Positions 9,481-19,296 of a stretch of DNA of 64,000 nucleotides are shown one piece after another. A model generated the notes under the pieces. It was not told the DNA's origin. It worked only from the letters and a program-made list of their open reading frames with translations, and did no database searches. Both the position numbers and the translations under genes were made by a program. The stretch comes from Longimicrobiales bacterium. Its GTDB lineage: Bacteria > Gemmatimonadota > Gemmatimonadetes > Longimicrobiales > Gaopeijiaceae. The first letter of the stretch is position 1. Every line of letters begins with the position of its first letter. The DNA lies in the NCBI GenBank assembly GCA_965249725.1, contig CBDFMQ010000002.1, positions 32,001 through 96,000 on the forward strand. Direction: 5' to 3'.

Positions 9481-10514
9481 AGGACTGGAGTGTCGTCCCG
9501 GCTTGCCGCCCAGTGCACCGTCGTCTCGCTATGAACGTGACCCTCGTCGCTGCGGTCTCGCTGTTGATCTCAGGCTGCGGTTCAGGGGAGCCCGTCACCA
9601 TCCTGAAGGCCGCCCTCTCCCAGAACCCGTCAGAGCCCCAGGTGAGGGCCGTCGAGCTGTTCGCGGAGATGGTGGCCGAAGGCACCGAAGGCCGCGTTCG
9701 CGTTCAAGTGTATCCCAATAACCAATTGGGCAACCAGCGTGATGTGGTCGAAGGGTTGCAGATGGGTAGCGTAGAGTTGGCCAACATCGCGAGCGTGATG
9801 GCGAGCTTCGTTCCCGAAACCAACCTCTTCGAGCTGCCGTTCCTGTTCGATGGGCCGGAGCACTTCGATGCGGTTATGGACTCGCACATAGGGCAGGGGC
9901 TCGCGCCCGCGTTCGAGCGTCGCGGGCTGCACCTCTTGGGGTACTTCGACGTGGGCGAGCGGCACATCATGACCACCGAGCGCCCGGTCGAGCGTCTGGA
10001 GGACTTACGGGGGCTCAAGATCCGCACTATGGAGAATCGACTACACCTGGCCACGTTCGAGGCGTTCGGTGCAAATCCGCTGCCGATGGCGTACGGTGAG
10101 CTGTACACGGCGTTGGAACAGGGTGTCATCGACGGCGCGGAGGCGGCCGACCCCAACTACTTTGCCAAGCGGTTCTACGAGCCGGCGCCGTATTGGGTGC
10201 GAGTCGGTTGGATTCGACTGGTCGAATACGTGGTGATGAGCCGGTCATTCTACGACGACCTCTCCGCGCAGGATCGCGCCGTGATCGATCGGGCCGCCAG
10301 GGAGATGATCCTGCAGCAGAGGGCCTGGTACCGCGCCGAGGCCGATTCGGCCCTCCAACGACTGCAGGAGGTGGGGGTGAAGATCAGCAATCCTGACCGG
10401 GAGCCCTTTCGCGCCGCGGTGCGCGGTGTGTATGACGAGTGGGCCGATCACGTGGGCGGGATGGCCACGATCGATGCGATCCTCGACTTGGGTGAATCAG
10501 AGCGAACCAGATGA
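9477..10514 (+). CDS. dctP: TRAP transporter substrate-binding protein (lipoprotein)
   Basis: VQVYPNNQLG, DLRGLKIRT, PMAYGELYTALEQGVIDGAE; lipobox ISGC; GTGA overlap with dctM stop (alternative ATG 9531). Confidence 0.92.
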   Translation: MKDWSVVPACRPVHRRLAMNVTLVAAVSLLISGCGSGEPVTILKAALSQNPSEPQVRAVELFAEMVAEGTEGRVRVQVYPNNQLGNQRDVVEGLQMGSVELANIASVMASFVPETNLFELPFLFDGPEHFDAVMDSHIGQGLAPAFERRGLHLLGYFDVGERHIMTTERPVERLEDLRGLKIRTMENRLHLATFEAFGANPLPMAYGELYTALEQGVIDGAEAADPNYFAKRFYEPAPYWVRVGWIRLVEYVVMSRSFYDDLSAQDRAVIDRAAREMILQQRAWYRAEADSALQRLQEVGVKISNPDREPFRAAVRGVYDEWADHVGGMATIDAILDLGESERTR

Positions 10515-10576
10515 CGAGAGACGTTGCCCACGAGACCCGCCACGCGGCTTCAACAGCCTTCTAGAGGAACTCGAGA

Positions 10577-11623
10577 ATGGAATACAGAGTGATGGGCCGA
10601 ACGGGCGTCAGGGTCTCCGCGCTCGCCCTCGGAACGGCGAATTTTGCCGACCCGACTCCCGAGGACGAAGCGAAGCAGATCCTGAAGCGTGCGATGGACG
10701 CCGGCATCAACCTCATCGACTCCGGCAACAGCTATGGAGAGGGAGAGGCGGAGCGGATCATCGGACGAGCGCTGAAGAGTGCGGGGCTACGTAAGCAGGT
10801 GCTGCTTACGACCAAGGTGTTTCCTCCGACCGGTCCAGGACCCAACGACCGCGGCAGTTCGAAGCTGCATATCATGCAGGCCTGTGAGGAATCCCTCGAG
10901 CGACTGCAGACCGACTACATCGATTTCTACTTCGTTCACCGATGCGATCCCGACACCCATCCAGAGGAGACGTTGGCCGCGCTCGACGATCTGGTTCGTT
11001 CGGGCAAGGTCCGGTACGTGGCCTGCTCCACACACCCCGCTTGGCGGGTCATGGAGGCTCTCGCCATCAGCGATCGCCGTGGGTATGCACGATTCTGCTG
11101 CGAACAGCCCCCGTACAATCTTCTGGATCGACGCATCGAAAACGAGTTGGTGCCGCTCTGCCTGGAGCACGAGTTGGGACTCATGCCGTGGTCTCCCATC
11201 GCGCAAGGGGTGCTGACGGGACGTTACTCGAGCGTCGAGGATTATCCCGAAGGTTCGAGGGCGGCGTACCGAGGGGGAATCTATGCCGAACGGATCAACG
11301 AAGCCGGTATCGACGTCGGCAGTCGATTCGTGGCGCTCGCCAAAGAAGTCGGAATCCCACCGATTCAGCTCGCCGTGCTCTGGGTGAAGGATCAACCGGG
11401 TATCACGGCGCCCATCGTCGGTCCCCGCACACTCGCCCACCTCGAGGATCTCCTGCCCGTGGGCGACATGCGGTTGAGCGACGACGTGCGCGAGGCATGC
11501 GACGAACTGGTGCCGCCGGGCGGCATGGTGGCGAACTTCCACAACTCGGCCGGGTGGGGCGCGAAGACTCGGACGCTTGGCGTGGCGGACAGGGGTTCCA
11601 ACGATTCTACGAGGCACAAGTGA
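10577..11623 (+). CDS. Aldo/keto reductase
   Basis: GRTGVRVSALALGT, IDSGNSYG, LTTK, SLERLQTDYID, GKVRY, QPPYNLL, PWSPIAQG. Confidence 0.95.
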   Translation: MEYRVMGRTGVRVSALALGTANFADPTPEDEAKQILKRAMDAGINLIDSGNSYGEGEAERIIGRALKSAGLRKQVLLTTKVFPPTGPGPNDRGSSKLHIMQACEESLERLQTDYIDFYFVHRCDPDTHPEETLAALDDLVRSGKVRYVACSTHPAWRVMEALAISDRRGYARFCCEQPPYNLLDRRIENELVPLCLEHELGLMPWSPIAQGVLTGRYSSVEDYPEGSRAAYRGGIYAERINEAGIDVGSRFVALAKEVGIPPIQLAVLWVKDQPGITAPIVGPRTLAHLEDLLPVGDMRLSDDVREACDELVPPGGMVANFHNSAGWGAKTRTLGVADRGSNDSTRHK

Positions 11624-11899
11624 ATACGTTCGAAGAGAACAAGCTCGTCGGCACGCCAAGGAGTGGCTCGCTAGTGCGGTTGCGGCACGGCAGATCGTCG
11701 ATTCATCAAGCTTGACAGGGCCGACCCCGCCACCTAGACGTATGTGGTTCGTGAAAACGCCCCCCCCTTGTTTCGTCGATAGTATCCGGTACCCTGCGTA
11801 CCGGTCGCGGTGACCATCGGGTGAGCTTGGCTCGCCCGGATCACCAGTATTTTGAGCTTGCCCCCGAGAATTCGGGCCGGCAACATTTGGAGGAGCGTC

Positions 11900-14358
11900 A
11901 TGAAGCTTCGTTACTGTCTGCTTTTGGCCCTGTTTTCCCTCTTCACCGCGAGTGAGGTGCAGGCGCAAGCGCGCGTCGTCACCGGGACCGTCACGGACGG
12001 CATGACCGGGCAGCCCCTCGGGGGCGCGGCAGTGTCCATCTCTGGCTCATCGCAAGGCGCCTTCAGCGGCGACAACGGCACGTTCGCCGTACCCACTCAA
12101 GCCGGACAGGTCACTCTCGAAATCACCTATTTGGGGTACAGGAGTGAGACGGTTACGGTGGCGGCGGGGACCAGCCGCGTCGACGTGGCGCTCCAGGTCG
12201 ACGTGCTGAACCTGGAAGAGATCGTGGTCACGGGGCAGGCCACGGGAGTCTCGAGGCGCAACTTGGCCAATGCGGTGTCCAGCGTCAGCGCGCGACAACT
12301 CGAGAGGGTGCCGGCCGCTTCGATCGAGCAAGCACTTCGGGGTAAGGTGTCCGGAGCGAACATCCATCCCAACTCCGGTGCGCCCGGGGGCGGCATGCAG
12401 CTCCAGCTCCGAGGCGTGTCGACCATCCTCGGGAACCACACGCCCCTCTACATCGTGGACGGCGTCATCGTGGGTGACGAAACCATTCCCACGGGCGTTC
12501 ACAACATCACGGTCTCGTCGTCGAACCCCGTCCGAGGCGGCGGCCAGGACAACAGCGCGAATCGGATCTCCGACTTGAATCCCTACGACATCGAGAGCAT
12601 CGAGGTCCTCAAGGGAGCGTCGGCCGCGGCCATCTACGGTTCGAAGGCGCGAACAACGGTGTCGTCATCATCAAGACCAAGCGGGGCCGTATCGGAGCCC
12701 CGCAGTTCAACGTGACGCAGCGCTTCGGCTTCTCCCAGCTCTCGAACAAGTTGGGTCTGCGCCGATTCACCTCGCAGGCCGAGGCCGTGGAGTTCTTCGG
12801 CGACCAAGCTGCCGAGCACTGGTCGGGAGAGTTTTTCGACCACGAGGAACTCCTCGCCGGTGCCTCGCCGCTCTCCTACGAGACGTCTGCGAGCGTAAGC
12901 GGGGGAACGGCGGACACGCGCTACTACGCCTCTGCGCTGATCAAGGACGATGGCGGCATCATCGCCAACACCGGCTACGAGAAGCAGTCGCTCAAGTTGA
13001 ACATCGATCAGACGGTCGGAGACAAAGTCTCGTTCAGCCTCAACACGAACGCGATTCACAGCAACGCGGGACGCGGCATCACCAACAACGACAACCGGAG
13101 CATCAGTTACTACATGACGCTCCCTTCCACGCCCAGCTTCGTCGATCTGCGGGCGACGTGCTCCGGAGGGGCTCGTGAAGCCAACGTGGCCAATTGCCCA
13201 GGGGGGACGGGCGTCTATCCCAGGAATCCGTTCGCATCGTCGAACATTCTCGAGACAGCGGCCTTGGTGAAGAACGACGAAGAGGTCTATCGCTTCGTCG
13301 GTGCAATGAACCTCACGGTCCAGGCGATATCCAACAGTACACACAACCTGCGCCTCACTGGGACCGGTGGCGTCGACTTCTTCAACCAGAAGAGCCAGCT
13401 CTTCTCACCACCGGAGGCCCAGTTTGAGCCGAACGACGGCCTACCGGGAACGTCGGTGTTGGGGTCCGCCTACAGCACCTTCATGAACCTCAACCTGAAC
13501 GCGGTCTACACCTACAGCTCAAACGCTTTTCAGGCGACGACCTCGTTCGGAACCCAGTACGAGATTCGGGACCTGGACTCGAGCACCACGATCGCCAGGA
13601 ACCTTATCGGCGGTTTGCAGAACGTCGACAGGGGAACGGCCACGGAAGTGCGCCAAGTCCGTGAGCGCGTGGAGGACTTCGGTCTCTTCGGGCAGGAAGA
13701 GGTCTTGATGTGGGACGAGCGGGTGCTGTTGACCGCCGGGTTACGGGTTGACCGAAGCTCGAACAATTCGGACACCGAAGAATACCACTTCTACCCGAAA
13801 GTCGCGGCTTCCTTCAGGATACCGGTCGGGAACGACGTCCTCGAAGAGATCAAATTCCGGGCCGCCTGGGGGCAGTCCGGCAACCAACCGGTCTACGGTC
13901 AGAAGTTCACCGAGTACGAAGGGCGGAACATCGCGGGGCTCCCCGCATTGCGCGTGCTGGGGACCACCGCGGCTCTCGACCTGAGACCCGAGCGGCAGAC
14001 CGAGATCGAGGGCGGGATCGACGCTACGCTCTTCACCGACCGCGCCACGGTCGAACTCACGTATTACAACAAGACGATCAAGGACGTGATTCTCACGCGT
14101 ACGCTGGCTCCCTCTTCGGGCTTTGCACGGTCGATCTTCAACGGCGGAGAGATCAATACCCGGGGTGTCGAAGCCGGACTGACCCTGGTTCCGGTCTTTA
14201 CTCGTGACTTCCAGTGGACGATGCGAAGCACCTTCGGGTTGGATCGGAGCACCGTGGAGGCGCTCCCGGTTCCGCGCTTCACCATCCAGGGCTTCGGGTA
14301 CTTCTACGGCTCGACGGTTGCCGAAGCGGGCGAGTCCATCACCCAGCTCTGGGGCAAC
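11900..14358 (+). pseudogene. susC: SusC/RagA-family TonB-dependent receptor, frameshifted and 3'-truncated
   Basis: Carboxypeptidase-regulatory-like N-domain and plug motif DIESIEVLKGASAAAIYGSKA; the continuation NNGVVIIKTKRG is in another frame (2 extra bases near 12648-12651); similarity ends near ESITQLWGN without the final barrel strands; no susD follows. Confidence 0.85.
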
Positions 14359-14515
14359 GGGCCGATACGCACCGCTGCCTCCTGGTCGAAGTCCGGCTTG
14401 GGGGCAGACGGTGCGTTTTCGTATGGCCGGAACCCGACGGCCAGGCGGACAGTAGATGGATTGACATGCCCCTCGTGGCATGAGGTGTTTACCGCGGATC
14501 CTTCAAGGGGCCCGA

Positions 14516-14914
14516 ATGGTGCGAAGCGCATTCTCCATCTTAGCCGTCATCTTCTTCGTGGCGGTGTTCGCCGGGTGTGCCTCTTCAGGGTCATCCGATA
14601 AGGAGCGAGAGACTTCGCGTGCCCTTATCGGGGGACTGCCGAGCCAATTGCATGTGACTAACCGCAATTGGGCGGACATGAGGATCTACGCGGTGCGGAG
14701 CGGAGAGCGCATACGGCTCTTCTCGGTGACCAGCATGCGAACCGACTCCGCTTCGATCCCCGCCAGCCTACTCCGGAGCAGCGGCTTCCGCCTCATGGCG
14801 GATCCGGTGGGTGCTCGCCCCTACTACAGCCAGACGATCCACCCCCGTGGGGGGCAGTCCGTGTCGTGGACCCTCGAGAACCACCTGCCGCAGTCCACCC
14901 TCTGGATCTACTGA
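14516..14914 (+). CDS. Hypothetical lipoprotein
   Basis: Signal with lipobox FAGC followed by a beta-rich ~100 aa domain; TTGACA at 14461 upstream. Confidence 0.65.
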   Translation: MVRSAFSILAVIFFVAVFAGCASSGSSDKERETSRALIGGLPSQLHVTNRNWADMRIYAVRSGERIRLFSVTSMRTDSASIPASLLRSSGFRLMADPVGARPYYSQTIHPRGGQSVSWTLENHLPQSTLWIY

Positions 14915-14933
14915 GGAGGCGGCAACGAACCGA

Positions 14934-16922
14934 CTACGGGTTGGGTTGACTCGTAGCTGTCTTCCTCGCCCCGCGAACGGTCGTGACCCCGTCCTTGAGG
15001 AACTGGCTGAAGAAGTCCTCCATGTCGAGGAGCATCTGCCGCCGATTGGCTTTGCCCCGGACGTAGTAGAACTCGCCCTCGTACGTCATGTTGCGGAAGG
15101 GCTTGTAGTGGTTTTCGAGGGCCTGGGCGAAGATCTCTGACTGATCCGAACCGGGGTAGAGGCCCACGCCGCTTACGAGCATGACGGGGGTCGAGACGTC
15201 GGGCACGCCGTGGATGGCGGAACTGTTCGCCCACACATGCTCACTGGTTGCGAACGGGCCCAGTTCGTACTCGAGAAGCTTGACGTGCCGGAGTTCGTTT
15301 TCGCTGTTGTAGAAGTGCACCCAATCGGCATAGCCGGACCCGGGAATCGACGCCTGGAAGACGTCGGGAGCGAACGCCACCGCATACATGCTCATGATGC
15401 CGCCGTAGCTGGTTCCCGTGATGCCCATCTTGTCGGCGTCTATGTACGGGAGGGTCTTGAGGTAGTCCACACCAGCCACGACATCGTCGAGGTCGCAATG
15501 TCCCCAACATCCGTTATTTCCTGATTCGAACGACTTCCCGTAGCCCGAGCTCCCGCGGATGTTGGGAAGCAGGACCGCGTAGCCTCGCTGCACGAAGTAC
15601 TGCACGTCCTGCTGAAAGGTGTCGTGGTATTGTCCGGTCGGTCCTCCGTGGATCCACATGACGCCGGGTACGCGTTCGCCCGGGGCGAGGCCCGGTGGTG
15701 CGTACAGGTAGGCGGCAATCTCGTACCCGTCTGTGCTGGGGTAGAGCACCTTCTCCGGCACCACCAGACGATTCTCGAAGTTGCCGGCCGGCATCGAATG
15801 GGTAAGCGCCCGCGCCGCCCCGTCCTCTGCCGACGAGACGTACAGGTCCGCCGGACGCGTGAGCGTGGCGAGCGTGTAGGCGATTTCACCTCCGTCCGGC
15901 GACCATGCCGGACTCGAGATGCGCCCCGCCTCGGGTGAGACGACCACCCGCGGCTCCCCGCCACGGGACGCCACGATGCGGAGGTCGTGGTGGCCGTTGT
16001 GGTTCTCGGTGTAGAGAATGGAGCGTCCGTCCGGCGACCAACGGGCCCCGCCTTGATCCGCTTCGGCCGCGGCGATCGGCCGAGGTTCACCTCCGGCCCG
16101 CGGTACCGTCCAGTAGTTGATCCAACCGCTGCGGTGGGACGGAAAGAGCACGGCTTCACCGTCCGGGGACACACGCGGATAGCCGAACTTGGTACCGGCC
16201 CCGTAGTCGAAGAAGTCTCGATCACTGACTACGATGCGGCTCGCCGAGCCTCCCTCGGCGTCGATCTCGATGACATCGTGGTCCGCCCAATCCTCGGACA
16301 GCCGTACGTACAGAATGTTCTCGGAGTCCGGCGTCCAGGTCGGGAACACCTCGTACCGTTTGTCGTCGGTGAGACGGGAGACCGTTCCGTCGGGCACCGA
16401 GACCTTCCAGATGTCGTAGTTCCCGTGACGGTCGCCGGCGAAGACGATCCACCGCTCATCGGGCGACCATGTCATCGAGTTGATGCGACCGCCGAGGTCG
16501 GTGAGTTGGATTTCGCTGCCATCCTCGGTCGACCACAGCCACAACTCCGGGGCGCCGCTCTTGTTCGACATGTAGGAGATCCAGCGGCCGGACGGCGACC
16601 AGCCCGCCATCTGCGAGGCCTGGAAATGGCCAGCGCCTCCCATATTGAGCGGGATCCGCGTGGGGAAGCCTCCGTCGGCCGGAAGTGAGACGAGGCCCCC
16701 CGCGACGCTCGACGAAACGAGGATGCCCTCACCGTCCGGGGACCAGACGGGCGCTCCGCCGACCACCGATTCGATCGACAGCAGTTGGTCTATCGTGAGG
16801 ACGTCGGGCCGTTCCTGTCCGGGAAGGGCGGAGGTGAGCCCGCCGGCCAGGACCAGCGCCATGATGCCGAGAGCGAGGTGCCGGGTCCCCCTGCGTCCGA
16901 TTCTGCGTGCCGTATGCGTCAT
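14934..16922 (-). CDS. S9 (prolyl oligopeptidase-like) protein with PD40/TolB-like propeller
   Basis: Repeated WSPDG blades, WIHGGP, PNIRGSSGYG, nucleophile GTSYGG; SD GAGG before ATG 16922. Confidence 0.9.
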   Translation of the reverse strand: MTHTARRIGRRGTRHLALGIMALVLAGGLTSALPGQERPDVLTIDQLLSIESVVGGAPVWSPDGEGILVSSSVAGGLVSLPADGGFPTRIPLNMGGAGHFQASQMAGWSPSGRWISYMSNKSGAPELWLWSTEDGSEIQLTDLGGRINSMTWSPDERWIVFAGDRHGNYDIWKVSVPDGTVSRLTDDKRYEVFPTWTPDSENILYVRLSEDWADHDVIEIDAEGGSASRIVVSDRDFFDYGAGTKFGYPRVSPDGEAVLFPSHRSGWINYWTVPRAGGEPRPIAAAEADQGGARWSPDGRSILYTENHNGHHDLRIVASRGGEPRVVVSPEAGRISSPAWSPDGGEIAYTLATLTRPADLYVSSAEDGAARALTHSMPAGNFENRLVVPEKVLYPSTDGYEIAAYLYAPPGLAPGERVPGVMWIHGGPTGQYHDTFQQDVQYFVQRGYAVLLPNIRGSSGYGKSFESGNNGCWGHCDLDDVVAGVDYLKTLPYIDADKMGITGTSYGGIMSMYAVAFAPDVFQASIPGSGYADWVHFYNSENELRHVKLLEYELGPFATSEHVWANSSAIHGVPDVSTPVMLVSGVGLYPGSDQSEIFAQALENHYKPFRNMTYEGEFYYVRGKANRRQMLLDMEDFFSQFLKDGVTTVRGARKTATSQPNP

Positions 16923-17076
16923 GGTTTCCTCCGCCTCAAAAAGAGCCTCTGCCGAACCGACTTCCACTCAGATCTACCCGAGAGCATTATGATGCACCGT
17001 GTGACCCGGGGCGGCCACCCCAAGGAGGGGGCGCTCCGCGACCCGCTGCATCACTGCGATCCTCTGGAGGAAGAGA

Positions 17077-17508
17077 ATGGTGGCATTGAGGCTTGAGTTC
17101 GAAAAAGGGGGCATCTTCACCGCCCGACTGCTGGAGGAAGAAGCGCCCAAGACCTGCGCGACGATCAAGGGTCGCCTGCCTTTCGAGTACCTCTTTCAGC
17201 AGAGCGTCGTCTCCGGCCAGGCCATGGTGGCGATCCCGCCCGACCTGACGGTAGAGAGAGAGAACCAACGCGTCGCGGGCATACCGCCCGGCACTCTCAG
17301 CTTCTTGGTGGCCGACGAGCCTGTGTTGGTGCCCGACGAGATCTACATCGCTTACGGGATCTTCATATCACGAGGCCTCACGGTCGACGCCAAACAGCCG
17401 GTAAACGTGTTCGCTCAAATCGACGACGGCCTAGACGAGTTGAAGGAGATCGGCGCGCGCATAATCAGACATGGGGCCGAGGTCGTCCGTTTCACCTTGG
17501 AGGACTGA
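17077..17508 (+). CDS. DUF3830-like (cyclophilin-like fold) protein
   Basis: FTARLLEEEAPKTC..LP..SGQA..EN..PG..EIYIAYG..VNVFAQI..GARI..HGA pattern. Confidence 0.65.
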   Translation: MVALRLEFEKGGIFTARLLEEEAPKTCATIKGRLPFEYLFQQSVVSGQAMVAIPPDLTVERENQRVAGIPPGTLSFLVADEPVLVPDEIYIAYGIFISRGLTVDAKQPVNVFAQIDDGLDELKEIGARIIRHGAEVVRFTLED

Positions 17509-17627
17509 GGGCGGGACCCCGCCACTCTCCGTCCTGACCTGGAAGGGAACGTGAGACGCGCGACACGGCTTATTCTGGGCGGGCCATAGAGCAGGGCCGC
17601 GAGTGCGACGGCACCGGAGGAGGTCAC

Positions 17628-18764
17628 TTGAGCGAAGCGAGGTCGAGACTGGCTGCCCGAGGAGGGATGTTTCTCCTGGCCGCGTGTGCCGCGTCCGGCT
17701 GCGGTGGCACCGACGCGACCTCTCCGCCCGTACAGGTTGGCACGGATCCGCCGGTCGTGGACATCCCGAAGGAGGAATTCTGCAGCATCCCCGAGGCCTT
17801 CATCTTCTCGGGCGGGGTGAGCAGAGATGGGATTCCCGCTCTCCTGGATCCGGCGCTCGTCGGGGTCGCCGCTCCCGAGGCCGACTACCTGAGGGATTTC
17901 GATCGTGTGATTGGCATCGAGGTAGGGGGCACGTTCATTGCGGTTCCCCACAACGTTCTTTGGTGGCACGAGATCGTGAACTTCGACGACCTGGGAGTGC
18001 CGCTCGCGGTGTCCTACTGTCCCCTCACCGGGTCGAGCATGGTGTTCGATCGCACGTCGGTACATGGCTCCGACTTCGGCGTGTCAGGCCTGCTCTACAA
18101 CAACAACCTGATCATGTTCAATCGCCGCAACGATGGCGGGCAGGAGTCCCTCTTCCCGCAGATGGCGCGTGGAGCTCGTTGCGGTCCCCTGGACGGTGCG
18201 CCACTGCCGATGTATCCCGCCGTCGAAATGCGCTGGGATGCCTGGCGGGCTCTTCACCCCGAGACGCTCGTCGTCTCGGGGGAGCTGGGCCTGGGGCGTG
18301 ATTACCAGTCGTATCCCTATGGGAACTACGAGGTCATCGACAACGCCGAGACGCTCTTCCTCAACCCGGATATCGACAGTCGGCGGCCCCCGAAGGAACG
18401 CCTTCTGGGCGTTCCTCGAGATGACGGTTTCGGGATGGCGTTTCCGTTCACGGCGCTCGCGGCCATGGGGGACAAGACGGTGGTTCACGACGATGTACAG
18501 GGCACTCGATCGGTCGTCGTGTTCTGGTCCACAGAGGGGGAGTCGGCTGTGGCGTTCAGGCCCAGGGCCGGCAGCCAGGAGCTCACCTTCGAGGTTCGCG
18601 ACGACGCGTTTCTCGATGTGGAGACCGGGAGCGAGTGGACCATGGCCGGTGAGGCGATCTCGGGCTCACTGGTCGGTTCGGTGCTCGAGCCGGTTGCGGA
18701 CGCCTACGTAGCGTTCTGGTTCGCCTGGGCGACGTTCCACCCCAATACGGGGCTGCTGGAGTAG
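17628..18764 (+). CDS. DUF3179 domain-containing protein
   Basis: RDGIPALLDP, LWWHEIVN, VSYCPLTGS, FGVSGLLYNNNLIMF, DVETGSEW, FWFAWATFHP. Confidence 0.88.
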   Translation: MSEARSRLAARGGMFLLAACAASGCGGTDATSPPVQVGTDPPVVDIPKEEFCSIPEAFIFSGGVSRDGIPALLDPALVGVAAPEADYLRDFDRVIGIEVGGTFIAVPHNVLWWHEIVNFDDLGVPLAVSYCPLTGSSMVFDRTSVHGSDFGVSGLLYNNNLIMFNRRNDGGQESLFPQMARGARCGPLDGAPLPMYPAVEMRWDAWRALHPETLVVSGELGLGRDYQSYPYGNYEVIDNAETLFLNPDIDSRRPPKERLLGVPRDDGFGMAFPFTALAAMGDKTVVHDDVQGTRSVVVFWSTEGESAVAFRPRAGSQELTFEVRDDAFLDVETGSEWTMAGEAISGSLVGSVLEPVADAYVAFWFAWATFHPNTGLLE

Positions 18765-18826
18765 GCCTAGCCCGGTTCGGACGCCCTGATTTAGCTGGAC
18801 CATCCCCGATGGCGGCACATCGAACC

Positions 18827-19222
18827 CTACCGGCTGCCCCTCCAGGACGACGGAGCCCTCGTCCTATTGATTCCTGTTGGTCTCGTCCGCGGTTTCTTCT
18901 TCTTGCGCTTCTTTGGTTTTGGTTCGGGGAGCTCTCGTGTGGTGATTTTCACCAAATCGCTGAGCCACTCGGCGTCCTCGATCTGATCCCCGATCAGGAG
19001 ACTCGGCTTCGCACCGGGGTAGGGGGGCGCTTCCACCACTGCGCCGATGAATGCACGGCCGCCCTCGGTGGGCTTCACGAAGAGCCGATCATCGCAGATC
19101 AGTCCGAAGAGCTTGTTGTGACTATAGAGGCCGAATTCACCGAACATGTGCTTGTACGTGGCGGCGCAGTCCTCGTCGAGTTGATCCACCACAAACTGGA
19201 CGAAATTCAGGTCGGAACCCAT
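18827..19222 (-). CDS. TfoX/Sxy N-terminal domain protein
   Basis: YKHMFGEFGLY..LICDDRLFVKPT..PPYPGAK..ELPEPKPKK. Confidence 0.85.
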   Translation of the reverse strand: MGSDLNFVQFVVDQLDEDCAATYKHMFGEFGLYSHNKLFGLICDDRLFVKPTEGGRAFIGAVVEAPPYPGAKPSLLIGDQIEDAEWLSDLVKITTRELPEPKPKKRKKKKPRTRPTGINRTRAPSSWRGSR

Positions 19223-19296
19223 TCAACGTGCTCCCTTCGATGAGGTCGTTTCGAGACCCCTGGCCGATTAAATTGCCGAAGCGCCCGACCAGGCGC

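Noticed and set aside
12640..12655. Programmed frameshift or phase variation in susC
   Set aside because: No slippery heptamer or long simple repeat, and the gene is also truncated
17628..18764. Selenocysteine recoding in the DUF3179 gene
   Set aside because: The ORF is uninterrupted, with no in-frame TGA
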